Assembly: GCA_963813715.1 (NCBI GenBank)
Contig: CAWFAK010000009.1
Span: 352,001-416,000 of the forward strand
Reading direction: 5' to 3'
Length of the DNA: 64,000 nucleotides
Source of the DNA: an uncultured Planctomycetaceae bacterium
GTDB taxonomy: Bacteria; Planctomycetota; Planctomycetia; Planctomycetales; Planctomycetaceae
Below the pieces are notes generated by a model. It was not told the origin of the DNA. It was given only the letters and a program-made list of their open reading frames with translations, and ran no database searches. Below are positions 53,229 to 64,000 of this stretch, in pieces. Every line of letters begins with the position of its first letter. Position 1 is the stretch's first letter. Position numbers and translations under genes: made by a program.

Positions 53229-53825
53229 TCAGGACGACGCGGTGGAAACTCCGTCCGGCTCGAAGCCGCGCAACGTCCGCTCCAGGACGTCGTCGGGAGG
53301 AATTGCTCCCGAGGCCTGCTGACGGCGGAATTGGGCCTCGAAGTCCGCCAGGCGGGGCTCGAGCTCGCGCCGCGCCGTTTCGGTCATGCGGTCGATGAAC
53401 AAGACGCCGTCGATGTGGTCATTCTCGTGCTGGACGACCCGGGCCTCCAGGTCTTCGAGGTCCATCTCGAATTCCTGTCCATCGAGATCGAAGGCATTGA
53501 CCACGATCTGCTCAGACCGCCGCACCTGCCCATACAGTCCCGGGATGCTCAAACAGCCTTCTTCGCCCTCGGCGCTTCCTTTGCGGCGCACGATCTCCGG
53601 ATTGATAAAGACGTGCTCCGCAGCCGATTCCGCGGCCGACCCCGTCGCATTCATGATGAACAATCGCAACGGAACGGCGACCTGGTTGGCAGCCAGGCCA
53701 ATTCCGTTGGTGGCGTACATCAACTCGAACATCGTGCGGACCATCTGCTTGAGGTCCGCGTCGATGCGCGTAATCGGCTTGGATTTCCAGCGAAGTGCCG
53801 GGTGGGGATAGCTGACGATCTGCAT
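53229..53825 (-). CDS. def: Peptide deformylase
   Basis: GIGLAANQV, EGCLSIP, QHENDHIDG. Confidence 0.96.
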   Translation of the reverse strand: MQIVSYPHPALRWKSKPITRIDADLKQMVRTMFELMYATNGIGLAANQVAVPLRLFIMNATGSAAESAAEHVFINPEIVRRKGSAEGEEGCLSIPGLYGQVRRSEQIVVNAFDLDGQEFEMDLEDLEARVVQHENDHIDGVLFIDRMTETARRELEPRLADFEAQFRRQQASGAIPPDDVLERTLRGFEPDGVSTASS

Positions 53826-54079
53826 GACCGGATATGGAGTGTGCGCGGGAAACGGATCGGATTTCGGATTGCACGCCCGTGGAGGATTATAGGACTCCTC
53901 CAAGGATGGGTCGAGCGAAAGCGGCGCGGCCCCAAACGGACAGCGACGACATTCGCCGGATGGCACGGCTCAGGAAGGGAGGATGCGGCCCGACAAGCCT
54001 CCTCCCTGCCTTTCGGCGAGAGCCAATGCCCCTTCCGACCCAGTGGATCCGAATCGCCCCGCGGCGGTCCGACTCCTGG

Positions 54080-54427
54080 TCAGTAGGTGCGCAGGTCGTT
54101 GGCGGCGACGGTCGGCGCGGCCGGCGACGGCGACGTCTGGGAGACCGCCGTGCCGAAGCTACCCTCGTAGAACGCGCCCTGTTGCATCACGGGTCCCTGC
54201 ACGCCACAACCCCCATTGGGGCAAGTCGAGCAAGGAGCGGGAGCAGCATAGCCTGGCTGATAACCGCAACTGCCACAGCTTGAACAAGGCGGCGGCGCGT
54301 AACCGCAGCTGCCGCAGGCGGGCGGATAACCGCAACCACCACCACAGCCATGGAACAGTCCGCAGCAACAACCGCTGGCGGTCATCAAGAGCGTGAGAGC
54401 GACGGCGAGGAGAGAGAGGCGTTTCAT
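54080..54427 (-). CDS. Small Cys/Gly/Pro-rich lipoprotein
   Basis: MKRLSLL...ASGC lipobox; 13 Cys in 115 aa; RBS AAGGA. Confidence 0.75.
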   Translation of the reverse strand: MKRLSLLAVALTLLMTASGCCCGLFHGCGGGCGYPPACGSCGYAPPPCSSCGSCGYQPGYAAPAPCSTCPNGGCGVQGPVMQQGAFYEGSFGTAVSQTSPSPAAPTVAANDLRTY

Positions 54428-54942
54428 CGAAACAATCCTTTTCGGAAGGGGTCGGAAACTCGTGCCGGTGAGAACGGCAGCGATTGCCGGTCTGTTGACA
54501 GCTCGAACGAGGTCGCGAGAACGGCTGCGGGTCGACTTTGAAAAAAATCTGAGATTTCGACGGGATTGACTCAAGAAAGTCGAACGACTTGCCGAAAGGC
54601 GGGCGAACGATAGGAACTTTGTTTGGGAGCGTCAACACGAAATCTCTGAATTTCGGCAGATTTCGCCGCAGCCACGTAGCGCGTTGAGCCATGCGGGTTT
54701 AACGTCGACGCGCGAACGCAGCGTCGCGAAAACTGGACGAAGATTTTCCGACCCACCGCCAGCGTTCGCTCGCATGTTGAATGCGAAGTGACGACAACGC
54801 TGAGGGCGTCCGGTAATTCGGGTGCCACGGCTGAGACGCTGCGTCTCAGCCGTGCTCTTTCCGGTTGCTGCTGACGTCAGCGGAACCGTTGGGCCAGCTG
54901 AAACGTGGCACCCAAGCGCGGCTAAAGGAACCGCACCCGCAA

Positions 54943-55431
54943 TCACTTCGCACGCTCTCTGAGGGCGCGGAGGTGGTCGAGACGCAGGAAGCACTCGGAA
55001 CTGCTGAGGCCACTCAGGTTCAAGAAGCGGCTGCCGTGAGGAACGAGCACTACGTCGGTTTTCCCCCACTCGAAGATGTCCAGCTCTGTCGGAATTCGCT
55101 CGGTCATCCCGATTTCGCTTGTCGGCAAGAGGACGACGGTCCGCGCCGAGACGTGCCACTTGCCGGTCACTTTTCCGTGGCCACCGTTTCCGCAGTGGGC
55201 GTCGTGCCAGAGAGCGACATAAGTTCCGTTGGAATTAAGAGTCAGCCGAGTGCCCAAATAGTCGTAGGTGCCAGGGAATTTGGCCGGTTCGATCCGCGGC
55301 ATCGGTTGGTGGCGAGGCGTACATTGGGTGATGAAGTCTTTTCCCAAGGTCTCCTCAATCGAACACCAGACGAGCATCGAGCCGGCGAAAAGCACACCGC
55401 CAAGCAGGTAGAACCAGGCGTGCGTGGTCAT
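54943..55431 (-). CDS. Hypothetical protein
   Basis: N-terminal TM, then GTY..LTLNSNGTY..GKW beta-rich segment. Confidence 0.45.
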   Translation of the reverse strand: MTTHAWFYLLGGVLFAGSMLVWCSIEETLGKDFITQCTPRHQPMPRIEPAKFPGTYDYLGTRLTLNSNGTYVALWHDAHCGNGGHGKVTGKWHVSARTVVLLPTSEIGMTERIPTELDIFEWGKTDVVLVPHGSRFLNLSGLSSSECFLRLDHLRALRERAK

Positions 55432-55650
55432 GAAACTCATTCTAGACAAACGCCTCCTGCCGATCCGACAAATCGCAGTCCGACCGAGGCAAGGCCATAC
55501 GGAATAATTCGGGACGGGAGCCCCACTCAACTGCCCTTGGCCGGAAAAGTCGGCCGCCGCTATACTTCGCCGCGCTTTCGATTGGGGTTGGAGCGCCGCG
55601 GTGGAACCGCTCGCCTTCCAACACGAACGCCATTAACGCTGCAGGGAGGC

Positions 55651-56592
55651 ATGAACGTGGAACGTCTTTTGGTTGTCGGAATTGACACGGTCGTCGGTGC
55701 GAACCTGGCGACTCATCTGGCTGACAAATTCCACGTCATCGGCTTAAGCAGTAGCGAAGAAATCTCCATCGAAGGCTGCGAGACAGCCATGTTGCCGCTT
55801 GCCGACGCCGCGACGACTCGGCAAGCTGTCGCCGTCCATCGCCCGGACCACATCGTGCTCTGCCAGGCGGCCGGCGATTCGTCGTGGCACAGAGCCGCCG
55901 CATCCGACTTCCGCACCGCGGCCCAAGCAACACTGCATTGGATCGAAGCCGCCCATGCCGCCGGCAAGCGGCTCACCCTCATCTCGTCCGACGCCGTCTT
56001 CACCGGCCCCTGGATGTTCCACACTGAGAGCTGCGACTCGTTCTGCCAGGCCGAGGAAGCCCAAACGCTCCGGGCGCTGGAAGACGCGACACTCAACAAT
56101 TCGGCGAGCGCGCTCGTCGTTCGCACGCATGCGTACGGCTGGAGTCCGCGGCTCGACGGCGGCTGGATCGACGGCCTGTTGGCCGCCCTGGAAGGGGACC
56201 AGGCACCGATTTTCGATTGCGTGGCTTATGCCACCCCGATCCTGGCAACCGACCTGGCCGACGTGCTCGTCGCGGCGTGGAATGCCGGCATGAGCGGCCT
56301 GTACCACGTTGCCGGCGCCGAACGCACCAATCCCCATTGCTTCGCCTGCGCGTTGGCCCGAGTGTTCGACCTCGCGCCGCCGCAAGCCGTTTGTCTCGCG
56401 CCGACCGCCAGCCCACCGGCCGGCTTCGCCCGCGGCGAGGCTTCGCTGCACACGCGTTCGATCCGCAAGGCCCTGGGAATCGGCCTACCGATGGTCGTCG
56501 AGGGACTCGAACGACTCCGTGCGCAGCACGACGAAGGTTTTGATCGCCGCTTCAGCCGCGGCAAAGGCTTCGCCGCAAGCAAGGTCGCGTAG
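55651..56592 (+). CDS. RmlD-like sugar-nucleotide-binding protein
   Basis: RBS GGAGG; LISSDAVFTG, LVVRT, TPILATDLA, GLYHVAG. Confidence 0.8.
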   Translation: MNVERLLVVGIDTVVGANLATHLADKFHVIGLSSSEEISIEGCETAMLPLADAATTRQAVAVHRPDHIVLCQAAGDSSWHRAAASDFRTAAQATLHWIEAAHAAGKRLTLISSDAVFTGPWMFHTESCDSFCQAEEAQTLRALEDATLNNSASALVVRTHAYGWSPRLDGGWIDGLLAALEGDQAPIFDCVAYATPILATDLADVLVAAWNAGMSGLYHVAGAERTNPHCFACALARVFDLAPPQAVCLAPTASPPAGFARGEASLHTRSIRKALGIGLPMVVEGLERLRAQHDEGFDRRFSRGKGFAASKVA

Positions 56593-57149
56593 CTCGGACG
56601 GAATGAGTCGCCGCAGCGCACGTTGTGTCTGCCACGATGCGGCCACAAATTCGGCAGACACAGTCTGCCCTGCACAGCGTTCAACGCTTGGGACAGGTGG
56701 TCGACGCGCACGGTGTGCCGGCGTCCGCTCGCGGCGGATTTGTCACATCAACGGTACCCCGCCGCTCCCTCCCCACACTCGATGCGCGGGCCCCGAACTT
56801 TCGGCGCGGCACGTTGGGTTTGCATCTTCGGAGCCCTCGGAACAACCGGTAGATTCTCGCAGCGTCTGGAAAGATGGACGGTAAAAACGGATTCGCGGGT
56901 GGTGCGATTTTGCAGCCGTGACGATCCTCATAAACGCCAATTGTCAACAAATTCTGACAGACGATGACGGGCCGCTGCCCCGGTCGCCTCCCCCGCGATC
57001 GCGTCGGCCCGATGCCCTGCTGCGGCTGACCCCACAGCCCGCGGGGCCCAACGGCTTGCGGGCAGCGGCTGAGGCATGTGGCGGAGCTCGGGAGTGACGC
57101 TCCGCAATGGCGCAACAAGTTTGGCCGACCGTGGATAAGGAGTCCTGCG

Positions 57150-57398
57150 ATGCTTGTTTTGTCCCGCCAGCGCGACGAGAGCATCATCATCGGCGACAAT
57201 ATTATCATTACGATCGTCGATATCCGCGGCGATAAAGTCCGGCTGGGCATCGAAGCCCCCACCGAAATTCCGGTGCACCGGCAGGAAGTTTATGAGGCCA
57301 TTCAGCGCGAAAACGCGAAGGCCCAAGAGGACGGCCGCCCCCCCCGGCGCCCCGCTCCCAAAGAGAAAGAAAAGACAAAGGGGACTGCGGGCAACTAG
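57150..57398 (+). CDS. csrA: Carbon storage regulator
   Basis: [18 protein letters not shown]...[28 protein letters not shown]. Confidence 0.96.
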   Translation: MLVLSRQRDESIIIGDNIIITIVDIRGDKVRLGIEAPTEIPVHRQEVYEAIQRENAKAQEDGRPPRRPAPKEKEKTKGTAGN

Positions 57399-57629
57399 GG
57401 CAGACCTTGCGGCGGCCTGAAACTCGTCGCCGCCGACTCAGCCGTTGCATCGCCCGCCTCTCACGGAATCGAGCTCAATTCCGAAGTTTGCCAAGGCGGA
57501 AAAACAGCGGGTCGAAAAGATTAAAACACGGTCTCCTAAAAAAAACGGCTCAATTCTGCGGTCCCCCTGCCGACGCTCCCCGCTCAATCTCTGCAGCTGA
57601 CCCGAGCCTCGGGAGCACCGTACTTTCCC

Positions 57630-57657
57630 TAAAGCCGTTCCGGCCTTGGGCCGATAG
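57630..57657 (+). promoter_or_regulatory. Sigma28 (FliA/SigD) promoter for flagellin
   Basis: TAAA-N16-GCCGATAG, about 290 bp upstream of the flagellin ATG. Confidence 0.8.
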
Positions 57658-57945
57658 AAGCATTCCAGGGGAGACCGCACATCCACGCCGCGCCCAGGAG
57701 CGTGGAGTGCCACGGACCTCGACACGGGCGTAGGTGCCCGATTGCTACGCCCGACCCTGACTGAGGGAACGCCGCCCTCGACTAGCGCAGCAATCGAACG
57801 TACCTCAGCGTCGCAAACGCCCGGAGCGAAAGCGCGGGAACCAAGGGAACGAAAAACCACCAAATCACGCATTCACCATTTCTAACCAGCTCGAGGTCCG
57901 TCGGGGGCGGAAGCGGTTAGCGGGTGTGAAAAAGGGCAATGTTCG

Positions 57946-59769
57946 ATGACAACGATTAATACAAACGTCGCATCATTAATTGCGTTGAACAACTTGAACA
58001 ACAGCAACACTTCGTTGCAGACGTCGCTCACCCGCTTGTCGACCGGTTTGCAAATCAACAGCGGTGCCGACAACCCCGCCGGACTGGTCGCGACCAATAT
58101 CCTTGGCTCGCAGATCGCCTCGATCAATCAGTCGATCACCAACAGCAACCGCGCCAACGACGTGCTTTCCACGGCCGACGCCGGCCTGGGGCAGATCAGC
58201 GGACTGCTCGACCAGATCCGCAGCCTCGTGCAGGCCGGACTGAACAGCGGTGCCTTGTCCACGACGGAACTTGACGCCGACCAGAACCAGATCGACCAGG
58301 CCCTCGACGCGATCAATGAAATCTCGGCCAACACCACGTTCGCCGGCGACCAGCTCATCGACGGCAGCAAGGCCTACACGACGCAGGTGTCCTCCGCCGA
58401 CGCCCCCAAGCTCAACAGCTACCAGATCAACAGCGCCGTCTTTTCCGGCAACTCGACTGTGCCGGTCACCGCGCAGGTCAAGACCGCGGCAACCCAGGGC
58501 CAGCTGTTCTATAACTTCGTCAACGGCGGCCTCGCCAGCAACACGACCATCGAAGTCGCCGGGGCCAACGGGACGAACGTTGTCTTCCTCGGCCAGGGCA
58601 GCAGCCTCTCCGACGTCAAGTCGGCGGTCAACGCAGTGTCGAGTGTCACGGGCGTCGACGCCACCGCGACGGGCGCCGTCTACGGCACGACGACCTTCGG
58701 CACCGCCGGTTCCAACAACGGGCTGCAGTTCACCGATATCCGGACCAAGACGTCGAACCCCGGCGAAGGCGTCAATCCCCAAACGTTGAGCGTTTCGTTC
58801 GCCGCAGCCAGCGACACGCAAACGCTCTCCGTCAGCAGCGCCTCGACCGCCACGACATTGAGCCTGACAGTCACCCTGGGCACCAACGCTACGGGCACGG
58901 TCACCTCGACGGCGAGCGATGTCAAGGCCCTCATCGACAGCAGCGCGAACAGCAGCGGCTTCGTCGCGGTTACCCTCGAAGGTAGCGGCGCCGGACTGGT
59001 CAAGGCCGGGCAAGCTGCTCAGAACGTGACGACCGGTGCTGCAAACGGCTCGCTGACGTTCCAGAGCCAGGACTTCGGATCGTCGCAGTTCGTCGGCATC
59101 AACGTGCTGCAGGGAACCTTGGCCACCACGGCCGGTTCGCTCGGCGGCGCCTCGTCCAGCCGCAGCACGGGTTCGGACATCATCGCCACGATCAACGGCC
59201 AGACAGCGGTCGGCAACGGCCTGACCGCGTCGGTGACCGGAACTGCGCTCGACGCTTCGGTGACCTTCAACCAGGCGGACAACGTCGCTAACACTTCGGC
59301 GACGATCACTGTGACTGGCGGCGGCTCGGTCTTCCAGATCGGGCAGAATGCCAACGTGGCCGGCCAGATCAACATCGGGTTGCCGGCCGTCAACACGGCG
59401 GAACTCGGCGGTAGCGCGGGCAAGCTGTTCCAGCTGGGCTCGGGCGGTGGACTCAGCCTGCTCGACGTCGGCCCGACCGTCCAGGGTTCGCAGCTGGTGT
59501 CGATCGTCGACGACGCGATCAATCAGGTCTCGACGCTCAGCGGCACGATCGGTGCTCTGCAGTCCAACGTCATCGACACCAATATCGCGACGTTGAATAG
59601 TGCTTTGGAGAACGTCTCCCAAGCCAACTCGGACATCGCCGACACGAACTTCGCCCAGGAAACCTCGAACCTGGCGCGGGCCCAAGTCCTCGAGCAATCG
59701 GGTATCTCGGTGCTCTCGATTGCAAACCAGACTCCGCAGAATGTCCTGAAGCTGCTCCAAAATGCCTAA
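57946..59769 (+). CDS. fliC: Flagellin
   Basis: MTTINTNVASL..RLSTGLQINSGADNPAGL N-terminus; IADTNFAQETSNLARAQVLEQSG..ANQTPQNVLKLL C-terminus. Confidence 0.96.
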   Translation: MTTINTNVASLIALNNLNNSNTSLQTSLTRLSTGLQINSGADNPAGLVATNILGSQIASINQSITNSNRANDVLSTADAGLGQISGLLDQIRSLVQAGLNSGALSTTELDADQNQIDQALDAINEISANTTFAGDQLIDGSKAYTTQVSSADAPKLNSYQINSAVFSGNSTVPVTAQVKTAATQGQLFYNFVNGGLASNTTIEVAGANGTNVVFLGQGSSLSDVKSAVNAVSSVTGVDATATGAVYGTTTFGTAGSNNGLQFTDIRTKTSNPGEGVNPQTLSVSFAAASDTQTLSVSSASTATTLSLTVTLGTNATGTVTSTASDVKALIDSSANSSGFVAVTLEGSGAGLVKAGQAAQNVTTGAANGSLTFQSQDFGSSQFVGINVLQGTLATTAGSLGGASSSRSTGSDIIATINGQTAVGNGLTASVTGTALDASVTFNQADNVANTSATITVTGGGSVFQIGQNANVAGQINIGLPAVNTAELGGSAGKLFQLGSGGGLSLLDVGPTVQGSQLVSIVDDAINQVSTLSGTIGALQSNVIDTNIATLNSALENVSQANSDIADTNFAQETSNLARAQVLEQSGISVLSIANQTPQNVLKLLQNA

Positions 59770-59793
59770 CGCGATCGGTTCCTGAAAGATTCC

Positions 59794-59840
59794 GAATCGG
59801 CGTCGCCGGCCCAATAAGCTGGCGACGCCGATTCTTTTTT
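59794..59840 (+). terminator. Rho-independent terminator of flagellin
   Basis: GAATCGGCGTCGCCGGC-ccaataa-GCTGGCGACGCCGATTC followed by TTTTTT. Confidence 0.9.
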
Positions 59841-60015
59841 GCGGGTGCCCTCGCCCCGCCGAACTGCGTCATGTCGATGGCAGGGCGATCGGCCTAACTA
59901 ACGGCCACCCAGAGAGTTCTGACGCCTCGGCCTGCACCGGTCCCAATTGACCACCCCGGCGAGTGGGGATATACTCCGCCTCCCTGTCCCAGCACCCCCG
60001 TCAAGGACGACGCGA

Positions 60016-61087
60016 ATGGGTTCTGTCGCTGAGCGTGCCGTCATTCCGTTCGGCGAGTTCGAGCTGCTTCGCGAAGCTCGGGAGATCATTGACGACGAGG
60101 CCCGCGCGCTCCTGCGTGTGTCGGCCGGGCTGGACAAAGAGTTTTGTTGCGCCGTCGATCTGCTCGCTCAGTGTGCCGGCTGCGTCGTCGTCACCGGAAT
60201 GGGCAAAGCCGGGCTGATCGGCCGCAAAATCGCGGCCACGCTCTCGTCGACCGGCACCCGGGCTCACTTTCTACATCCGGCCGAAGCCGTTCACGGCGAC
60301 CTGGGTTGCCTGGCAACAGACGACGTATTGGTCGTGCTTTCCAACAGCGGCGAGACCGACGAAGTCTGTCGCATCTTGCCGAGCGTCACCCGCTTCGGCA
60401 TTCCCATCGTCGCGATCACCGCCAGTCGTGGCAGCACGGTGGGCCGGGCAGCCCGGGCCACGATCGAGCTGGGACGGCTGCGCGAGGCAGGACCGCACTC
60501 ACTGGCTCCCACCACTACGACCACGGCCATGCTCGCCGTCGGCGACGCGCTGGCTCTCGTGATCGGCCGGCGGAAGGGATTCACGCCACAGCAATTCGCC
60601 CTCTATCACAACGGCGGCAGTTTGGGAGCGATGCTGAAGTCGGTGGGAGAAGTCATGCGGACCGGCGGGCAGCTGCGGGTCGCCGCAGAGACCAAGTCGA
60701 TTCGCAACGTCTTCGCCGAATCGTCGCGGCCCGGTCGTCGAACCGGCGCCGTGATCCTGGTCGACGATGAAGGCCGCCTTTCGGGCCTGTTCACCGACAG
60801 CGATCTGGCACGGATGCTCGAACGGCGGCAAGACGGGCTGCTCGACCGGCCGATCGCCGAGTCGATGACCCGCCACCCGCTGACGGTCGGACCCGATGCC
60901 CTGCTTTCCGAAGCCATAGAAATCCTCTCGCACAATCGCATCAGCGAGCTGCCCGTTGTCGACGTCGACGGACGGCCGCTGGGAATTTTGGATGTGACCG
61001 ACGTCGTGGGCACGGGACTGGTCGAGACTCCGACGCTCGGCGACGCGACCCCTTCATCCCTGTCTCCTTCTCGTCCTCGTCCGCTGA
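60016..61087 (+). CDS. kdsD: KpsF/GutQ family arabinose-5-phosphate isomerase (SIS + 2 CBS); 3' end probably frameshifted
   Basis: VTGMGKAG, HPAEAVHGDLG, SNSGET, APTTTTT, GDALA, GLFTDSDL. End placed at a nearby TGA and approximate. Confidence 0.88.
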
Positions 61088-61168
61088 GACGCCCTGGCAG
61101 ACGCCTGCCTGAACGCCGCGGCATCCGCGGTTCCCCGCGCGGCGCCGATTTGGCCAACAAGAGATTTC

Positions 61169-64000
61169 ATGTCGCAATCGCGAACCAGTCCGACCGGCAG
61201 TCTGCGAAGAGACGGCTTGGCGGTTGCGCTGTTTGCCGGTTCGCCCTTCGAGCGGACAATGCTGACTCTCGGAGCCGGGCTGATTCTGTTCTTGATGTTC
61301 GTCGTTTATCGCGGGGCGATGCGCGGCCTGTGTCCCGATCGGCCGGTCAGCAGCGGCCACATCGCGCGTCAGGCGGCGGGCACGGAAGCCGAACTCTACC
61401 TGGCGAGCGCGGATCAGAAGACGCGGCAGGCCCTCAAGTACTTGCCCAACACCTGGGTGCCGACGGCCGCCCATTCCATGGCAACGGTCGACGATCGCAC
61501 CTACTGTTACTTCCAGGAATGGGTGAAAGAATCGCCGCACGTGGTCAAGTTCACTCCCTTCGCGATGATCTCGACCCGCAAAGGAGACAAGCCCGGAGAT
61601 CCCCCGTACACGGTGCTGAGCGACAAGGCCTACGTCACCTTCAAAGACGAATTCGGGCCGCTCGGCAAGAATCCGGGCCCCGTCGTGAGGGCCGGCTTGG
61701 AGGGGAACGTGGTCATCACAGGACCGAACAACCTGGTGGTTCATGGCCGCAATTTCTTCTTCCAGCGCGAAGAGATGCGGATCTACTCGGACAACCCCGT
61801 CGATATCAAAGCTGACAAGCACCATGCGACCGCCAAGGGCATTCAGATCGAGCTCATCGCGGAGCACCAAGGGCGCAGTGACGAGGCGCTGTCCATCTCG
61901 GGCGTCAGTAGCGTCAAGTTGCTGCAAAACGTCGACATGACCCTGGTCTCCACCGGCGACTCGCAGGCCGGTCCCATGCCGGCCATGGCAAAATCGAACG
62001 ACAAAAGTCCGAAAATCGTCCGCACACACTGCGACGGCAGTTTTGTGTTCTACGTCGAATCGCGGATCGGCAACTTCGAGCGCAACGTCCGTATCCGCCG
62101 CGAGTCGCTTCCCGGCAAATTCGACGCCCTATTTGCCGACGAAAGCGTCGAGATCACCTTCGAGCCCAAGAAACCGGACCCCAAGACAACCGCCGACGCC
62201 AAGGGCGCAGTTGCCAAAGCGGACGCCGCCAAGAAGTCCGGCGAAGACAAGGCGGGCGGCAACAACGTCGTCGTCGCCGAAAAAGACACGGCGGCCAAAG
62301 ACAAGAAAGACGGAGCGGTCGACGGCAAAAACACACCGCGCGGGTCGGGCGGTCTCGAGCCGAATCTCAGTTTCAAGAGCATCCATGCACAAGGCAAGGT
62401 CGTCGAGCTAACGTCCGACGTTAACGGCATGCGATCGCAAATGCGCGACTTCACCTACGACCAGACGGCCCGCGAGGCGAAGCTCGTCTGGATCCCCCGC
62501 GAGGGCGACAATACCGAGCGCACGGTCCGCGACAAGAAGGGGCAAGTGCGGAAGATCCCGGCCGCCTCCAACTGCGTCTGGGTCACGCAGCGAGGCAATG
62601 TGCTGACCTCGCAGAAGATTCAGCTCAATCACGATCCGCAGGGTGAAGTCACGCATGTGATGTGCCTGGGCGAAGGCGAAATGCAGCACGTCGAAGACAA
62701 GAACGGGCCGAGTCGACCTGGCCGCCTATTGGCACAAGGAAATGCGAAAGTATCCCGATCCGAAATCGCACGACTTCGATCGCATCGACCTGGAGGATGC
62801 GCTGATCGAACAGCCCAAACAAGACGCCGGCATCTCAGCGAACTTCATTCGTTTGTGGCTCACCAGGCAGAATCGCGGCGCGCAAACGGTCCAAGCCAAC
62901 CACCCGCACGCTGCGCGGCAACAGCCCCAGCCAGAGGGCCCGCACCTCGACCACATGCTGGCCTGGCAGAAGGTGGCGATGGTCAGCCCACAGATGGAAT
63001 GCGAGACTGACCACCTCGAAGTCTGGTTCGAAGACGCCCCCGCGCGGCCGCGGTACCGGCCGGCCACTCCGCCTCGCAAACGCAGCGATCTGGAACCGAC
63101 GTCGGACTACGTCGCCCGCGGCACTCCCCCCGTGCAGAGCTACGGCCCGGCGGCGATCCGCTTCAGCGACAACTCATCGAACGGCTTCGCACTGGCCGGC
63201 AACGCAGCCAGCGTCTCCTCGGTCGTCCCCACTTCGGTCAACGGGGCGACGTCGATCAACGCCGCGCCTTCAAACGGGGCCCTGACCACCAAGGACAGTC
63301 CCAACAATCTCTTTCCGGGAGCCGGGAACGGCGGCGACCCGTACAACCTGACCGCCGGCCGCGTGCGCGTGCATGTGCTCCAGTTTCCCGACGGTCAGCA
63401 GCCCCAGGTCGCCGACATGCTGGCCTGGGACAACGTGCAGCTGACGCAGGCCCACGGCGACGCGGCCGACCCGCTCGTCGTCAACGGCAACGTGCTCGAG
63501 GCGCACAACCAGAGCGAGCTTGACCAGGAGATGATCGTGCTGGGGCAACCGGCCCACGTCCGGGACCGCGGCGCGCACATCGAGGGTGGCCGCATCCGCT
63601 TTAATCGCGCCCGCAACACGGCCGACGTCGACGGTCCGGGACGCCTGCAATTGCCGGTTCAGAATGACCCCGAAATCGGCGAAGCCGCGCGACCCAAAAA
63701 CGGCGAGCCCGCGCAGCCGCTCGACGTCGTCTGGCATCAAAAGATGCACTTCGACGGCAAGACGGCCCACTTCTACGTCAACGTGCATACCTCGATGACC
63801 GACGCGACGTCGCAGAGCGAGATCCGCTGCCTGAACATGGACGTCACGCTCACCAAGCCTTTTTCGTTCACGCAGCAGCAGGGCCAGCAGCGTCCGCAGA
63901 ACGAGGCTGACCGCCCGGCCGTCGATACCATTTTCTGCCAGGGAGACGTCGAGTTTGAGAGCGAGGCGAAGCAGGAGGGTCATCTCGCGGAGAAACGCCG
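61169..64000 (+). CDS. Very large membrane-anchored beta-rich protein, LptA/OstA-like repeats (partial; frameshift near 62707)
   Basis: N-terminal TM; recurring xxNVxI/L strands (LEGNVVIT, LQNVDMT, FERNVRI, AWDNVQL, YVNVHT, CQGDVEF); open to the window end. Confidence 0.6.

Noticed and set aside
54585..54610. GAAA-tetraloop hairpin CTTGCC-GAAA-GGCGGG as a riboswitch
   Set aside because: Isolated hairpin on the strand opposite the nearest gene, with no other aptamer features.
57805..57850. Possible c-di-GMP-I riboswitch (GCAAAC...GAAA...) in the flagellin leader
   Set aside because: Spacing and the GACGCAAAG / downstream stem do not fit the consensus; would need an Infernal scan.
61088..61815. 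Long C-terminal extension of KdsD in the ORF track
   Set aside because: Arg-rich off-frame read-through overlapping the next gene; frameshift artefact.

Overview
A GC-rich bacterial chromosomal window, most consistent with a Planctomycetes (Planctomycetaceae-like) genome, judged from a BBP7-type beta-barrel, DUF1570, an H4MPT-type orf20/pcd/pabAB cluster and a planctomycete-style flagellin. It is mostly core genes: ispG, fabI, pgsA, rimO, ilvC/ilvN, fmt/def, csrA, flagellin, kdsD and tRNA-Gln(TTG). Many genes are broken by single-base frameshifts, probably long-read assembly errors. The most interesting block is a 7-gene, tightly coupled operon of unknown function (39.5-47.8 kb) built around an orphan GlmL/MutL-type ASKHA ATPase and four membrane proteins, with no B12 mutase in the window. 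Also notable: an atypical SDR heading the methanopterin cluster, a giant LptA-like protein after kdsD, a chimeric relic of the Tm-1/TIM-barrel pair, a sigma28 promoter with a GGA-rich flagellin leader, and a nested inverted-repeat element at 3.7 kb. I found no CRISPR array, integrase, transposase or reverse transcriptase. Family calls come from motif recognition only; no database searches were run.
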